A DNA stretch of 63,808 bases, the filler included, from Reticulomyxa filosa (Eukaryota > Protista > Foraminifera): the NCBI GenBank assembly GCA_000512085.1. It is 18 parts of 18 records of this genome, joined end to end, with 100 filler letters (N's around TTAATTAATTAA, not from the genome) between each part and the next. Parts side by side here need not be neighbours in the genome. Positions count along the whole stretch, not along the records: positions 1 to 3,298 come from ASPP01007862.1; positions 3,399 to 4,707 come from ASPP01021052.1; positions 4,808 to 9,206 come from ASPP01011824.1; positions 9,307 to 10,418 come from ASPP01014128.1; positions 10,519 to 11,716 come from ASPP01001496.1; positions 11,817 to 18,275 come from ASPP01021054.1; 12 more parts are not named here. One strand, given 5' to 3'. Under the pieces are notes generated by a model that was not told the origin of the DNA, ran no database searches, and saw only the letters and a program-made list of their open reading frames with translations. Positions 1-12,342 of the stretch are shown here, piece after piece; positions within the stretch are counted from its first letter, which is position 1, and every line of letters begins with the position of its first letter. Position numbers and translations under genes: made by a program.

Positions 1-2791
1 CAATGATGACCCAATGAGTGTGCTAAGTATAAGTAGCGAATTTTTAAACGAAGTTTGCCAAGACCTCGCCTCAAGAAAAGCAATGTGACGACCGCGGTTA
101 CGCCCGTGTCCACTTTTTTGAAGTTGTTTGAAAATATACTCGGTGGAAAACACAAGAAATTGCAACACAAGACAATGGATTACTTTGCGATATTGATGTT
201 AGTTTGGATGATTCGACAAGCTGAAACCTCACACATTGTGTGTCCGGAGGAATACTATCATTTCGAAAAGTCTTTGCCATCTCAGTTGGTCATTGACGCA
301 CATTTGTCCAAGGACGCTGCCAAAGAATTGAAAACCACCATTGACGTGAGTAAAATAAAGCAAGACACGGACAAGCCGAAAGCACACGCAACAAAGAAAC
401 ACAAATTGAAGGAAGGGTTCGGGCAAGAAGATACTTCACCGTCCATTTTAAATCGATGGGGAAGAAAGTTGGGGTTCAAAGGGAGCCGACCCACGAACAA
501 AAAGCGCAAATGGTCGACAGATGCTGATACCGGCATCAGTGCCGAGCCGGCCTTTCCAAAATTTAAGCAAGACAAGTCTTTGACAAACAAGAACGGAGGC
601 CATGTCAAAGGCGATTATGTCAGTATTGCCCAAGAGGTCAGACAAAGTGACGTTTTGACAACAAGTTTGCAGCGAACATCGTCCAATCGTCGCTATTTCG
701 TAGAGGGCGATTTTCGAGCCCATTCCATTCGAAAAGAGCAGACGATTGGAAAATTCGAAAACAGTGACAATTTGAACCATAAGCACATTTTGATCAAAGT
801 ATTGACGTTGCTGTATTCTTATGTTTTCGAATGTTTCCGCGTTCGATGTTAAGTTTCTTTGTTTTGTTTTGTTTTGTTTTTTTTTAAAACAGAGACATAG
901 AGTTTTTTTTTTTTTTTACTATTTTTGTACTTTCATGTGTGTGTGTGTGTGTGTACGTGCTCATTAGCGAAACAACTGCTGTCAAATGTACTGATACATG
1001 GAGATGAAAAACAACAGCTGCAACATAACCGGATTGCCACCATCTATTTTTTGGCAAACAAATTGGAAGACCCCTATGAAGTGCGGTACAGCTTGGTGAC
1101 GCAAGCACTAAGTTTGTTGCAATCGCGATCAATGTCATTTGACAGCAAACGAGAAATAATGATGTTTTTGAAGGAAAACAATTGGGTGGGCAATGTTGAG
1201 TGTCAATTTGTTTCTTTTCGAAATAATACAAGAAAAAAAAAATTAAAACAACTCATTAGCACATTTCAAATGAAACACTGAAAACAGTTGAACGAAGAAA
1301 GTCGTGGGATCATTGAAGACGGACTGGGAGGGTGCCTCGTTCGAGAGCTACGTCGCATTGATACCGATTGTGACATGCAATACTATCATCTTTTGACGGA
1401 GGAAATGAAGCAAAATGACCTGGAAGAAAAGTGCAAACAGAAACTAAAAATTCCAACTTATTCCATCGTTCGAATTCAATCCGATCGAGAAGTACTAGGA
1501 ACTTGCGACTTTATTAAATACAACCATCGGACCAAAAAAAATGAATTTGATTTGCAATTGTACAAACAGCAATGCCATGATCACGGCATTTCCCTTTTTG
1601 ATGGATGCAGGCATTTTACTACCACCATTTATCATCATCACACCCTCGACTTGCAGCATTTGTACTTTGATTTCGTTCTCAAACATTCCACTCTTTTGTA
1701 TTCCCATTTTTGCCACCTCATTCAATGTCAATTGAATCGTTTCTCTCAACAATCTTTTTTGTTCCGGCCCGGTCGTTTGAGTTATTATCTTTGTATACAT
1801 ATACACATATATACACATGTACATATATATATATATATATAACGCGAATTTGCGTGGATGTGACAAATCTTTTTTTTTTTCACGTAAAAATATACACAAA
1901 CCGAACAAAGCATTGGTAAAGAGATGGTCGATTACTTGGAGAGTGTAATGCCGTCAACACCGGCAGTAAATCAAATCTTTCAAGCTGCTCGCCTATTGGA
2001 CTATTTGCGATGTTATGTGGTAGTAGACTCAATGGAAACACTGCTGGGTGTATTTGATCATTTATATGCCATAAGCAATGAGTCTAGCACATCCGATGCG
2101 AGAAAAACAGATACAAATAAAAATCCTTCGTCGTTGCCTCAATGTAGAATTTGTCATGTTGAAAATAATCTGCTTTCGTATAAACCTGTATATAAACCTC
2201 CCGCCAAATTGTTGACAAAAGAGGAACTACAACGAAAAGCTCAAGAAGAGGAAGCGCTAAATGAAACGACCGGAGAGAGAAAACAAAGCGCTGGGGCTTT
2301 CATCAGTGATGATGAGAATGACAATAGACTCAAGAAGCGATACAGCAAAGAAGGAAAAAAAAAAAAAAAAAAAAAAAAGTGAAAAGATTCGAGTCAAACG
2401 AAAAAAAGATATCATTCGCGAACAATTGGAAAAAGAATTACCTCCAAATTCCAATGCTTGTCATGGTGATCACTACAATAGTCGGGTTATCCGACCTGAT
2501 TTTGCTACTAATTTGCGTTATGTGTCGGTTTATGTTATCGTGTCATCTCCTTCACCTACCCTTGCCAAACATGTAAGGCTCATTGCTGAAGTGCGTTTAG
2601 TACTGAAAAATTTAAATGACCATTTTGAACGATACGTCCGATGTGTCGAATGTTTTAACAATGTCCTCAACGAAAAAAAATTATTTAATGCCTTCAAAGC
2701 CTTTGAACGACAAAAAAGATCTAATTTGACTAATAAACACTTAGAATGGTTTTGGAGAGAAGAAATTTTGCCCAGAACATCCATTGCATGA
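1..2791 (+). CDS. Multi-exon eukaryotic protein of unknown function, 5'-partial
   Basis: Chain of same-strand coding-like ORFs (55-852, ~965-1190, 1288-1770, ~1920-2350, ~2390-2791) separated by T/A-run or (AT)n stretches consistent with introns. Probable 1-nt homopolymer frameshift near 75-80. No family recognised. Confidence 0.7.
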
Positions 2792-3298
2792 TTTGCATCT
2801 CTAAATTGTAGGATCGATAAGAGTTTTGTGGTGTATTTGAACCGTGCGAGTTTTTTTGTGTGTCTTTTGTGATTATTTTGTTGTTTTCTTTCTTTTTTTT
2901 TTCCCGTTCATTTCTTTGTTTTTGTGATCGAATTAGTGGCGGTTTGTGAAAAAAAACGACAGTCTTTGTCTATATTTACAATATGATCCTTAAAAAAATA
3001 TGCTAACTTGGATGATTGGTTTCTCTTTCAAAAATTACTTTTTAACCTTTTGAATAAAGTTATTTTATACTAGAACTTTCCTGCTTTCTTTCTAAATGAC
3101 CACTTCATTGTTTTGACTACGAGCCAGGATAGTTATTAAAAAATTTAAGTAATTGCTGGTACAATTGCTTATCATTATGCTTTTGTGTATATCTTTTCCA
3201 CACGAATAAAAAGTATACTGATTTTGTGATTTATATTTTTTGTTTTGTGATTTTTTCGGTTTTTATTGTTTTGAAAGCTATACTTACATTTTTTAATG

Positions 3299-3398
3299 NN
3301 NNNNNNNNNNNNNNNNNNNNNNNNNNNNNNNNNNNNNNNNNNTTAATTAATTAANNNNNNNNNNNNNNNNNNNNNNNNNNNNNNNNNNNNNNNNNNNN
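3299..3398. other. Artificial contig spacer (N44-TTAATTAATTAA-N44); first of 17
   Basis: Identical 100-nt spacers start at 3299, 4708, 9207, 10419, 11717, 18276, 21607, 23133, 24660, 31423, 33315, 38540, 39820, 42880, 56839, 57968 and 62319. TTAATTAATTAA gives stops in all six frames, and composition changes abruptly across several spacers. Confidence 0.99.
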
Positions 3399-3455
3399 TT
3401 TTTTTTTTTTTTTTAAATTTAAGTTTTGGAAACAATTGGACTAACAATATACACA

Positions 3456-4535
3456 TCATGCCATATATACATATAGGATACATTCTTTATTGTCTTTATC
3501 TCTGAGAATTTTAAACATATTCCCCATTTTGCCATTAATATCAAATTCTTTTTCTTTTTCTTTTTCCTTTTCTTTCTCTTTTTCTTTTTCTTTTTCTTTG
3601 TCTGTTGAATCTTCTTCAGTGAACACTTCTCCGACTGACCGAGCATACATCAGTAGTTTTTTTCCAACCAAAGATGACATTTGTGATAAGTCATGTGGGA
3701 TGCGCTCATTGTGGGATTCTGTATTTTCACTGGAATTTTTGTGTCCTCGATTCTGTCGACTTTTTTTTTTTTTTTTTTTTTTTTCCAAAAAATAAGAAAA
3801 AACAAATACCCCTTTTTTTAAAAAAAAATTAGGATATATGTGTCCATGCACGTGTTATGTGCATATTTCACATGTCGATTGGCTAAGTGCAAAAAAAAAA
3901 AAAAAAAAAAAAAATCTTTTTGCTGTTGAATCTTGTTTTCAACAAAGGGAGGGAAAATGCGAAAGGGGACGCTTTCAAAACTTTTGGTTCAGGTTCTATG
4001 TTGTGATGAGTGTTGTGAACAAAACTTGTCTAATAGTGGTTGGGTGTGGTGTACTTCGTCATTAATCTCTTGTGATTGTTGATGAAGTAGCTCATGATTA
4101 TCGTCTAATGCAGTACTGACGCTTCGACGTGTAGATTGATCCGTTGCTGATGCATTGCCTGGCAGTGCGTCCGTATCGCTTTCATTCTTTTCGGATTTGT
4201 TACTATTCGCAACAGAAAGACGAATACTTTGTGCTGACTTTGTAAGAAGTGCTATCGCTGAAGCATGTTGCTCCAATCTATTGCCCTCAGCCGAATTCTC
4301 ATTGTCTCCGTGTTCTGGAATTAGCCCCAAATTCGATACGGCTGGGTTGCTCGGTAACACTGCAGCATTATTTGCCAACAACAATGCAGATTCCTGGGGC
4401 TCGCCTCTCGAGTGTGAGCGAGAATGAGAAGGCGTCCCTGATGATTTGGAACCTTCAGATGCGATTTTTTGGAAAAATTGCATGTGTAATGCTTCTGGGG
4501 GCTTTACATTCTTCGAACAAAACTTTTCGACGACT
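3456..4535 (-). CDS. Fragment of a low-complexity Ser-rich/(KE)n protein; at least 2 exons
   Basis: ORFs 3989-4483 and 3456-3851 on the same strand, flanked by AT-run intron-like sequence; DKEKEKEKE tract. Confidence 0.5.
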
Positions 4536-4807
4536 ATTTTTAAAAAATACGGAGCCTGTTTACTACTTTCTCTTTGTTTTTTGCAGTTTATAGTTTTTTA
4601 AAAAATCGACCGTTCCTAAAAAAGAAATTGATAAATTTCATATAGATTTTTGTCGATATTCAAGAATGAACAATACTAAATGTCGATATGTGCTAGCAAT
4701 TTACGCTNNNNNNNNNNNNNNNNNNNNNNNNNNNNNNNNNNNNNNNNNNNNTTAATTAATTAANNNNNNNNNNNNNNNNNNNNNNNNNNNNNNNNNNNNN
4801 NNNNNNN

Positions 4808-4847
<40 letters not shown>

Positions 4848-4854
4848 AGGAGAG

Positions 4855-7800
4855 CTACTTCTTAATATCTTGCACATACATATTGGGCATATATTTGGAT
4901 TGTCTTTTCTTTTTTAGTTTGGAATGACTGACGAACAACTCGTCTTCCTTCTTTCGAGAGGGCTCTTTTTCACTGCCCAATTCTTGATGTCTTTCCCGTA
5001 GCAAGGCCAGATTGCGATCGTAGCTTTTGGATAAAAGCTGATCGATATACTTTTTCGCTTGGTTGTGAAGCTGTTGTCTTTGAGCATGAAGCATTTGTTC
5101 GTAGATGACGTCGCGCAGAAAGCCATATGAGAATTCGTAGACATGACAATCGGAATAGTCCCCTTCGCTGTCGCTGTGTTCATTTTCGACTGACTCCAAA
5201 AGATCGCTTCCGCTGGTCGTAAAGTCTATTTTGGCAGAGTGGTCCATGATGCTATTGGCATTTGCGTTTGGACTGTTGAGCGTCTCTTTGTCGCCTTTCA
5301 ATGCTTTTTTGAACAGTTCATACCACTCGTTCATATCCTTTGACTTTTCGGCGCGCAGCACATAGTTTTTGCGTGAGGTCTGCACCTTCAGCTGGTTTTC
5401 GTCTTCACGTCTCAGCTTAATGCCAAGGCCAGGACCGAACTTGATTCGATTGACTGGATACTGTTCTTTTCCGGGGTCTTTGAACCAATACAGTGTGTGG
5501 TGTTTGAACACAAAGTAGCGTTCCTTCTCGGAAAAGTTGAACGTGGCCACACTTCGTTTGAACATGCGACCTTTTTTGTAAGGGACATCGATGGCGGGGA
5601 CTTGCAGTAATGATAGAGTGGATGGCATTGGATCGTTGTTGTTATCTCCTCCTCCTACTCCCATGGGAGAGTCCAGATGATTATTAGTACTCAATTTCTT
5701 GCTGAAGCTGACTAAGCTGTCCTCGCCTCCCTCCGTCGTAGTGGTGTCCGGACCATCTTCATTACTCGTCGCTTGGATATTGATCGTCACGTCTAGTTGT
5801 TTGTGTTCGTTGTCTTCATCGTGGTCGTCATCACGCTCATGGTCATGCTCGTGAGTAGTGTCTACCGTGTCGTCTCGTTCGGTAACTGCGTTGCGTAGAT
5901 TGACGACAAACATATCAGTATCCTTGGGTGTGTTCTTATTGTCGATGTCCACTGTCGTCGTCGTTGCGTCTTGCTTTTTCGTAAAAGCCAACGATATATT
6001 AGTCAGACTGGTGACATTTTCAATCGATCTAGGCGTCGATGTGTCGTGGTCGTTGCTCCTGTTGTGCGTGCCGTCTTCGTTCATGCTGGGCGCTCGAAGC
6101 GATGTCGCGTGTGCGAGGCCACGACTGGTACTGTCGATAAACACTATGAAGCCCATGTTGCGCAGCTCCGACAACGACTTGCGTAGCTTGTGCTTCTCTG
6201 CCATGCCTTCGACCGGGTGCGTACCTCGCAGCATCTCTTCTTCAAACTGTCGACTGCGATTGCCCTTTGCTTTGCAAATCACTGCCGCCGTCTTCATACA
6301 CATTACCAGCTCCGTACCGATGCAATCCAAGTGTGCTGCTGTGATGCTTTGGATATACGGAGGGATGGGAAACGGTACGTCCACGCCCACCTTTAGCTTC
6401 TCTTCGATCGTTTCGTTGAATGTTATTATTTTGTCGCTTTGGTCGCTTTTGTTCACCAGCACTTGCACCCATGGTTCTTTCGCGTCTTTCAATGCCCGTA
6501 AAAACTCGGTACTTTTTTTTATTAATGAAAAGCAATAACATACATGTACATTTCATATACATAAATATATATATATGTATATATGTATATATGTATATAT
6601 GTATATAATTAAATTAATACCAGAAACCAGGTCTGCCACCACATTCGAAATAAACAGTGTCCACTAAATGCTTGGAACAATCCTTGACGTCAGACGAATT
6701 GATGATCCACTCTTTGGTTTGATGCCACGTCCATAACTGCGGTGACACAAATGTTTGTGCCATGCTACGTAGGTCGCAGTACTCAAAAATGCGCTTAGGC
6801 TGTGTAAAGTGCGGGACGTATCGACGGTTGTCCATTGGCATCCCGCCCAACAACAGCACGACATTTTTCACCACTTTTTTATGGATCAGCATCGACAGTC
6901 TTCGTGTCAGCTGCCAATCGCGACTGTCCAAGTATTGGATTTCGTCGAGGACAATGGCCAACAGTCGCTTTCGAGACACCCACTCCAACAAGCAGATCAG
7001 CAAATCGTGGCGATATTGGAATAGCGTTTCTTTGCTCACGTGCGGACTGATCGCATTTATATTTTTTTTGAAAGGCACTTCCAACTCTGTTCCCATTTCT
7101 TTTTTAAGTTTATTCCGACACACAATAATTTTATTTTTTCAAGGATTCAAGCATTTGTTTTTAAAAAAAAAAAAAAAAAAAAAATAGCTAACCCAAAATA
7201 TCAGTTAGCAAATATAAATACTTTTCCAAGTCGGGTCTTCTTTGCTTGACCCAGGTCTGCAACTGAAAGCGGTTTCTACGCAATGACAGCGAGTACTTTT
7301 GCGAAAACTCGAGCATGACCTGCCTCCAAACGACGTAATTGAGCTTAGACAAGGAGTGAAAGCAGTCGGCGTGTCCCCATAAAAACCACGCTTTGTGTTG
7401 ATTGGAGGCTTTAATTTGGGCCAAGAGCGTGGATTTCCCGACAGCGATTTCCCCTTCGACAAATATAATTTGCGCTTCGCGCGACTGCAAGGCCTTATCG
7501 ATGCACAAGCTAGCCTTGTTGATGGAATCGTAATCACTCGTTTTCAAATTTTTCGCATAGCCCGGTTTGAATGGCACGATTTCGTAATTGGCCAACATTG
7601 GTCGAAATATTTCCACCGGTTCCTCTAAGCCTTTCAACAAGCTCGTTCCCAACTCCGACCACGCGATTCGAATTTCTTTTTGTGCTTTTTCGTATACGGA
7701 TCGATCACATATTACGTCTATTATTATTAATATTTATTATCATTTATTTCAAAGTATATACAATACATGCATAGAAGCAACAACACATGCGTATATGAAA

Positions 7801-8591
7801 TCTATGCGAATGCGAAAGTGTACGTACACATGCACGCAAATTAAAGTATACAAAGTAGTATGCAAAAAAAAAACGAAACGGCCAAGATGAGCATTTTTTT
7901 TTGCTAAGCCCATGAGACGCGCGGCCAAATTGACCTGGCTTCCCAAGACGGTATATTCTCTGCGGGTGCCAAAAGTCCCTCCAATGAGGCCGGAAAATAC
8001 AATGCCACTGGCCAAGCCCAATGCTGCGTACGAGTGTTTGGACAAACGGGAAAAGCGTTTGTTCAACTCCAATGCCGCCAAAACGGCGCGCACTGGGTCG
8101 TTGCTATGGGCAACTGGCGGTAAGCCAAAGACGGCCATGACGGTAGACCCTTTGTCGTCCACCAGAAATTTGTTCAACGATCCTTGGTATTTGTAAATGA
8201 CATTTTGCAGTACTTTGATATTCTTTTGGACCGTGTACAGCACATTCGATTGTCGATTTTTGACCAAGTCTTCCAAAATCTCCGCCTCAAAGGGGAGACT
8301 GATGAACAGCACTGTTACCTCACGCAGCTCTCCGGTCCACAACGTGGAGGGCATGTCTAAGTGGGGTCGCACCGCGGATGGGATGTACCCTTTCATTTTG
8401 TTCGCCAACTCCGGCGTCACGTTCAGCTTTTCAAAGTGCTCTCGACGGATCGGCTTCGCCGACGTCACCAATACATTCCCATATTTGCTCGTGGGGATGC
8501 CTTTGTGTTGGCACAAGTCGCCCAACACATCACGAGCTTCCTTGCTGATCACCACTTGTTCCGGTAGACAGTCCGTCTATTCCAAGTATTA

Positions 8592-8627
<36 letters not shown>

Positions 8628-9206
8628 GTACATATATGAATATATGTATAGCCTCCGAAACTTCACACTTAAAGGCTTGCATTAACGCATCTCCACAAAC
8701 CAAGTATTCACATCGTCCTAACTTGCCACCGACAATCAACAATGAACACTTGCCTGCGCCAATGCCCAATTTAACTCGCAGTTCGGGGTCTTCTGCTCCA
8801 TTTTTTTTTTGTTGTTTTCGGTTATCCTTGCACCTGCCAATCGCATCACGTTGTATTCCGTCTGGATATCCAGCGCGCATCGCGTGGCCAAATGAGTCAG
8901 TTGTTCCAAATCCTTTTGTTGTTTTTCCAAGTCATCAAACAGTGTTGGATCCGGGGGCCAAACGCACAGTAATGCATCCCCTGCAAATTTCACCACGTCT
9001 CCTCCAAAGGCTATTATCTTACGTACTTTTTTTTTTTAAACATACACACACGCATACATACGCACACGCGCAGCAACACAAATATTATACATGTACATAT
9101 ATTATATTTTTTAAAAATATGCAAAAAAAAAAAAAAAAAAAAGATGCACAACATGGACTTTTTTTTTTTTTTTGAAATCACTCATCAGGGTGTACATGGT
9201 CAGTTG
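4855..9206 (-). CDS. Soluble adenylyl cyclase-like (ADCY10-type) protein: tandem class III cyclase domains, STAND NTPase and inserted PH domain; 5'-partial, multi-exon
   Basis: C1 KFAGDALLCVWP (~8960-8995). C2 GELREVTVLFISL, NKFLVDDKG, FGLPPVAHSNDPVRAV, REYTVLGSQVNLAARLM (7900-8340). Walker A GEIAVGKS (~7430-7455), Walker B IVLDEIQYLD, CGGRPGF, and STAND-type F..GFLRDVIYEQML..QRQQLH. Exons approx. 8996-8660, 8576-7890, 7665-7190, 7123-6620, 6510-4855. Confidence 0.9.
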
Positions 9207-9306
9207 NNNNNNNNNNNNNNNNNNNNNNNNNNNNNNNNNNNNNNNNNNNNTTAATTAATTAANNNNNNNNNNNNNNNNNNNNNNNNNNNNNNNNNNNNNN
9301 NNNNNN

Positions 9307-9401
9307 TCTCGCTACAGGAGGCGCTCGACCTCCAGAACCTCACCGCCTACGCCAAGCGCGCGACCGGCGAGAAGTTCCTGATCAATCCGAACAAGGCGTA
9401 A
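9307..9401 (+). CDS. Bacterial; C-terminal end of a probable zinc-binding dehydrogenase/NADH oxidoreductase
   Basis: Reads SLQEALDLQNLTAYAKRATGEKFLINPNKA*. The KRATGEK(F/Y)LINP ending resembles this MDR subfamily. Stop lies 3 nt before the next ATG. Confidence 0.6.
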
Positions 9402-9404
9402 GGC

Positions 9405-10301
9405 ATGGCGCGCGAAACCGGAGACAGCGTCCGCGGCCGCGCGCCGTACCTGCCGATCCACAAGCGGCCGAAGCTCACCCTGCCGGGCGACGCGCGCGTC
9501 GCCGTCTGGACGATCGTGAACGTCGAGAACTGGAGTCCGGCCGGGGCGATGCCGCGCACCGTCCTGCCGCCGCCAATGGGCGTGCCGCTGCTGCCCGACG
9601 TACCCAACTGGGCATGGCACGAGTACGGCATGCGTGTGGGATTCTGGCGCTTCCTGGAGACGCTGAACGCCCGCAAGCTCAAGGCGAGCTTCGCGGTGAA
9701 CGGCACGGCCTGCGAGCTCTACCGCGAGGCCTGCGAGGCGGCGCACGAGGCCGGCTGGGACTTCATGGGTCATGGCTGGGTGCAGAAGCCGATGCACAAG
9801 GTCGAGGACCAGAAGAGTGCGATCGCCGACACGATCCGCGCCATCAGGGACTTCACCGGCAAGCCGCCGCGCGGCTGGGAGAGCCCCGGCCTCACCGAGA
9901 CCGACGAGACGCTCGACCTGCTGGCGGAGGCCGGCATCGAATATGTCGCCGACTGGGTGATGGACGAGCAGCCGCTGCCCTTGAAGACCGCGCACGGGGA
10001 GATCGTCTCGGTGCCCTACACGGTCGAGATCAACGACGTCGTCATGAGCGCCGTGCAGCAGCAGCCGTCCGACGAGATCTTCCGGCGCGGCCGCGACCAG
10101 TTCGACCGCCTCTACCTCGACGGCAGGACCGCGCCGCGCGTGATGGCGATCTCCATCCATCCCTATCTCACGGGCGTGCCGCACCGGATCAAATATCTCG
10201 AAATGCTCTACGACTACATCCTCGGTCACGAGGGCGTCGTCATGTGGACCGGCGCGGAGATCCTCGACTGGTACCGCACGCAGGTGTCGGCGACGCGGTA
10301 G
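9405..10301 (+). CDS. Bacterial polysaccharide deacetylase family protein (CE4, PuuE/allantoinase-like)
   Basis: Complete 298-aa GC-rich ORF with VAVWTIVNVENW, WHEYGMRVGFWR, FMGHGW, PRGWESPG, PYTVEINDV and MAISIHPYLTGVPHR motifs. Confidence 0.92.
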   Translation: MARETGDSVRGRAPYLPIHKRPKLTLPGDARVAVWTIVNVENWSPAGAMPRTVLPPPMGVPLLPDVPNWAWHEYGMRVGFWRFLETLNARKLKASFAVNGTACELYREACEAAHEAGWDFMGHGWVQKPMHKVEDQKSAIADTIRAIRDFTGKPPRGWESPGLTETDETLDLLAEAGIEYVADWVMDEQPLPLKTAHGEIVSVPYTVEINDVVMSAVQQQPSDEIFRRGRDQFDRLYLDGRTAPRVMAISIHPYLTGVPHRIKYLEMLYDYILGHEGVVMWTGAEILDWYRTQVSATR

Positions 10302-10306
10302 CCGGC

Positions 10307-10330
10307 CGAAGCGCGCTCAGGCGCGCTTCG
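10307..10330. terminator. GC-rich hairpin between convergent bacterial genes
   Basis: CGAAGCGCGC-TCAG-GCGCGCTTCG is a perfect 10-bp stem just after the deacetylase stop, overlapping the opposite gene's stop. No U-tract follows. Confidence 0.35.
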
Positions 10331-10418
10331 CGGCGGCTTCCTTCTCGGCCATCTTCTGCTTCAGCTGCTCGGGCGTGAGGCGGACGATGTGTTCGTTCTG
10401 GTGGCTGAAGATGTCGTA
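10317..10418 (-). CDS. Bacterial; C-terminal fragment of a convergent gene
   Basis: Reads YDIFSHQNEHIVRLTPEQLKQKMAEKEAAAKRA* with strong GC3 bias. Confidence 0.6.
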   Translation of the reverse strand, partial: YDIFSHQNEHIVRLTPEQLKQKMAEKEAAAKRA

Positions 10419-12031
10419 NNNNNNNNNNNNNNNNNNNNNNNNNNNNNNNNNNNNNNNNNNNNTTAATTAATTAANNNNNNNNNNNNNNNNNNNNNNNNNN
10501 NNNNNNNNNNNNNNNNNNCTTTTTTAACATTATTATTGTATGCATTCTTTTAAAATTAGTTGACTTAAAAAATATATCAACTCTTAAAAATGTGTATTAA
10601 ATGTTCATCTTTTTGAACTTGTGCTTATTTATTTAAAATAAATATATTATATACATATATTTAAATGGTGATTTTATATCATATTTATATTTACACTCGA
10701 ACAATTTCATCGAAGAAAGACAAGTTTATTCAAATAAACAATATTGTCAGCATAATATAAATACTGTTGTATTGATATATCAATTAGATGCCATAACTCT
10801 TCTTCTGTTATTTAAGTATAAATTGACTTCGCACTTATTTAAATTGTGCAAAAATTTTTATTAAGTACAAGGGTAATACTTTCGAAAATAAGTGCGTGAA
10901 TAACACTTTTTTTACGAAAGTAAAAATCTATTAAATATGTAAACAACATATTGAAGACGTTCATGATAGAATATGTTAAATAAGGAGTTTATTTATCAAG
11001 ACATATATAATTCACCAAAGTTATTGCTCTTTAAACACACGATTGTTATAATTTTGATACAACAATTGACAAATCAAATGTGATGAAAATATTGAATCGA
11101 GTATTTTGTAAGTGTGAAATATTGTTTACAAAAAATTGGATATGAAGAATACAATGATAAAAAATATAGTATAATCAAAATTCTGAAAATCTTATAAAAA
11201 GTAAATAATGAACAAATCAAGCTCTTGAACCTGCATTTCACAATGTTTGGGTTCCATCTGCTTAGTAGTGGTGGTGACAAAATGATTGAAAAATAATACA
11301 ATAAATAACATTTTAATTGATTTTTGAGATTCTATTGTGTTTGTTTAAATTTATGTTTGAAATAAATCAATTATTTCAAATTTCAATCAGTAATTGAAAT
11401 AAATGATTTTGATCACTTTTTCAATTGGAAGTTTATTTATTATAGATGTATGTGCATTTGTATGCTTGCGTTAATGTGTTATTTTTTTGTTTGTTTCAAC
11501 ATTGGGATAACACGTACAGATACGTAATTATATATACTCCAAAGTTTTTTTCACAAATTATCAAAGCCCAGTTTTACTAATAGATCAACAAGTTGATTTG
11601 AACTACAGATTCTACGTCCATTGACTTTATTTTTTAAAAAATATCCTAACAGATGTCTCGCAATACAGCATACCAAGCAATTTGTTTTGATAGTAAAATT
11701 ATTGTCATTATATTACNNNNNNNNNNNNNNNNNNNNNNNNNNNNNNNNNNNNNNNNNNNNTTAATTAATTAANNNNNNNNNNNNNNNNNNNNNNNNNNNN
11801 NNNNNNNNNNNNNNNNTTTTTTTAAAAAAAAAAACGTACACCCATTACACAAACACAAAAAAACAAACTTTTTTTAATGAAAAAGCGCAACATTAAACAT
11901 TTTAGACATTACAACAGGTACGTAATTGTATGTAATTGTTGAGCGCGAAAAAACAATTGCAATACAAAACAATACAATTACGTATAAACTATACACCATT
12001 TTTCTTCCTCACATACAACACCACATCATAC

Positions 12032-12342
12032 CTTCATATATTTCGCCAAACGACCTGAAAACACCAACAACACAACAGGAATCATGCTTTTTTTTTTTTT
12101 TTTTGTGTTTTTTTTTTTTTATAAAAATTTTGTTTTGTTTTGTTTGTTCTTGTTGTTGCTGTTTTTTTGCCTATTCTTCTCATCTCTCAAACCCCTTTTC
12201 TCCCCCTTTCCAGTACAGGAACGAAGAATAACAAACAAGCATAAAACACATTAACAGAAGTACGTAACCCATTGCCTAATTTTCGAACAATTTTGTAACA
12301 ATCACCCAATTTCACTTCCTTCCCTGACACTGCTAAAGACAT
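12032..12342 (-). CDS. Casein kinase 1 family (CK1/TTBK-like) kinase, first two exons; 3'-truncated by contig end
   Basis: Exon 1 (12342-12269) joined to a 23-nt exon 2 (12054-12032) via GT..AG gives MSLAVSGKEVKLGDCYKIVRKLGNGSFGEIYE(G), the CK1 glycine loop (K[IL]GxGSFGEIY). Confidence 0.8.

Noticed and set aside
9312-10378. Overlapping long ORFs 9312-10229 (-) and 9614-10378 (+); likewise 23346-24644 (-) and 56972-58015 (+)
   Set aside because: These are shadow ORFs typical of GC-rich coding DNA opposite or offset from clear genes.
10519-11716. AT-rich contig with a 75-aa ORF and weak inverted repeats
   Set aside because: No recognisable motif, RNA gene or terminal repeat; consistent with intergenic DNA.
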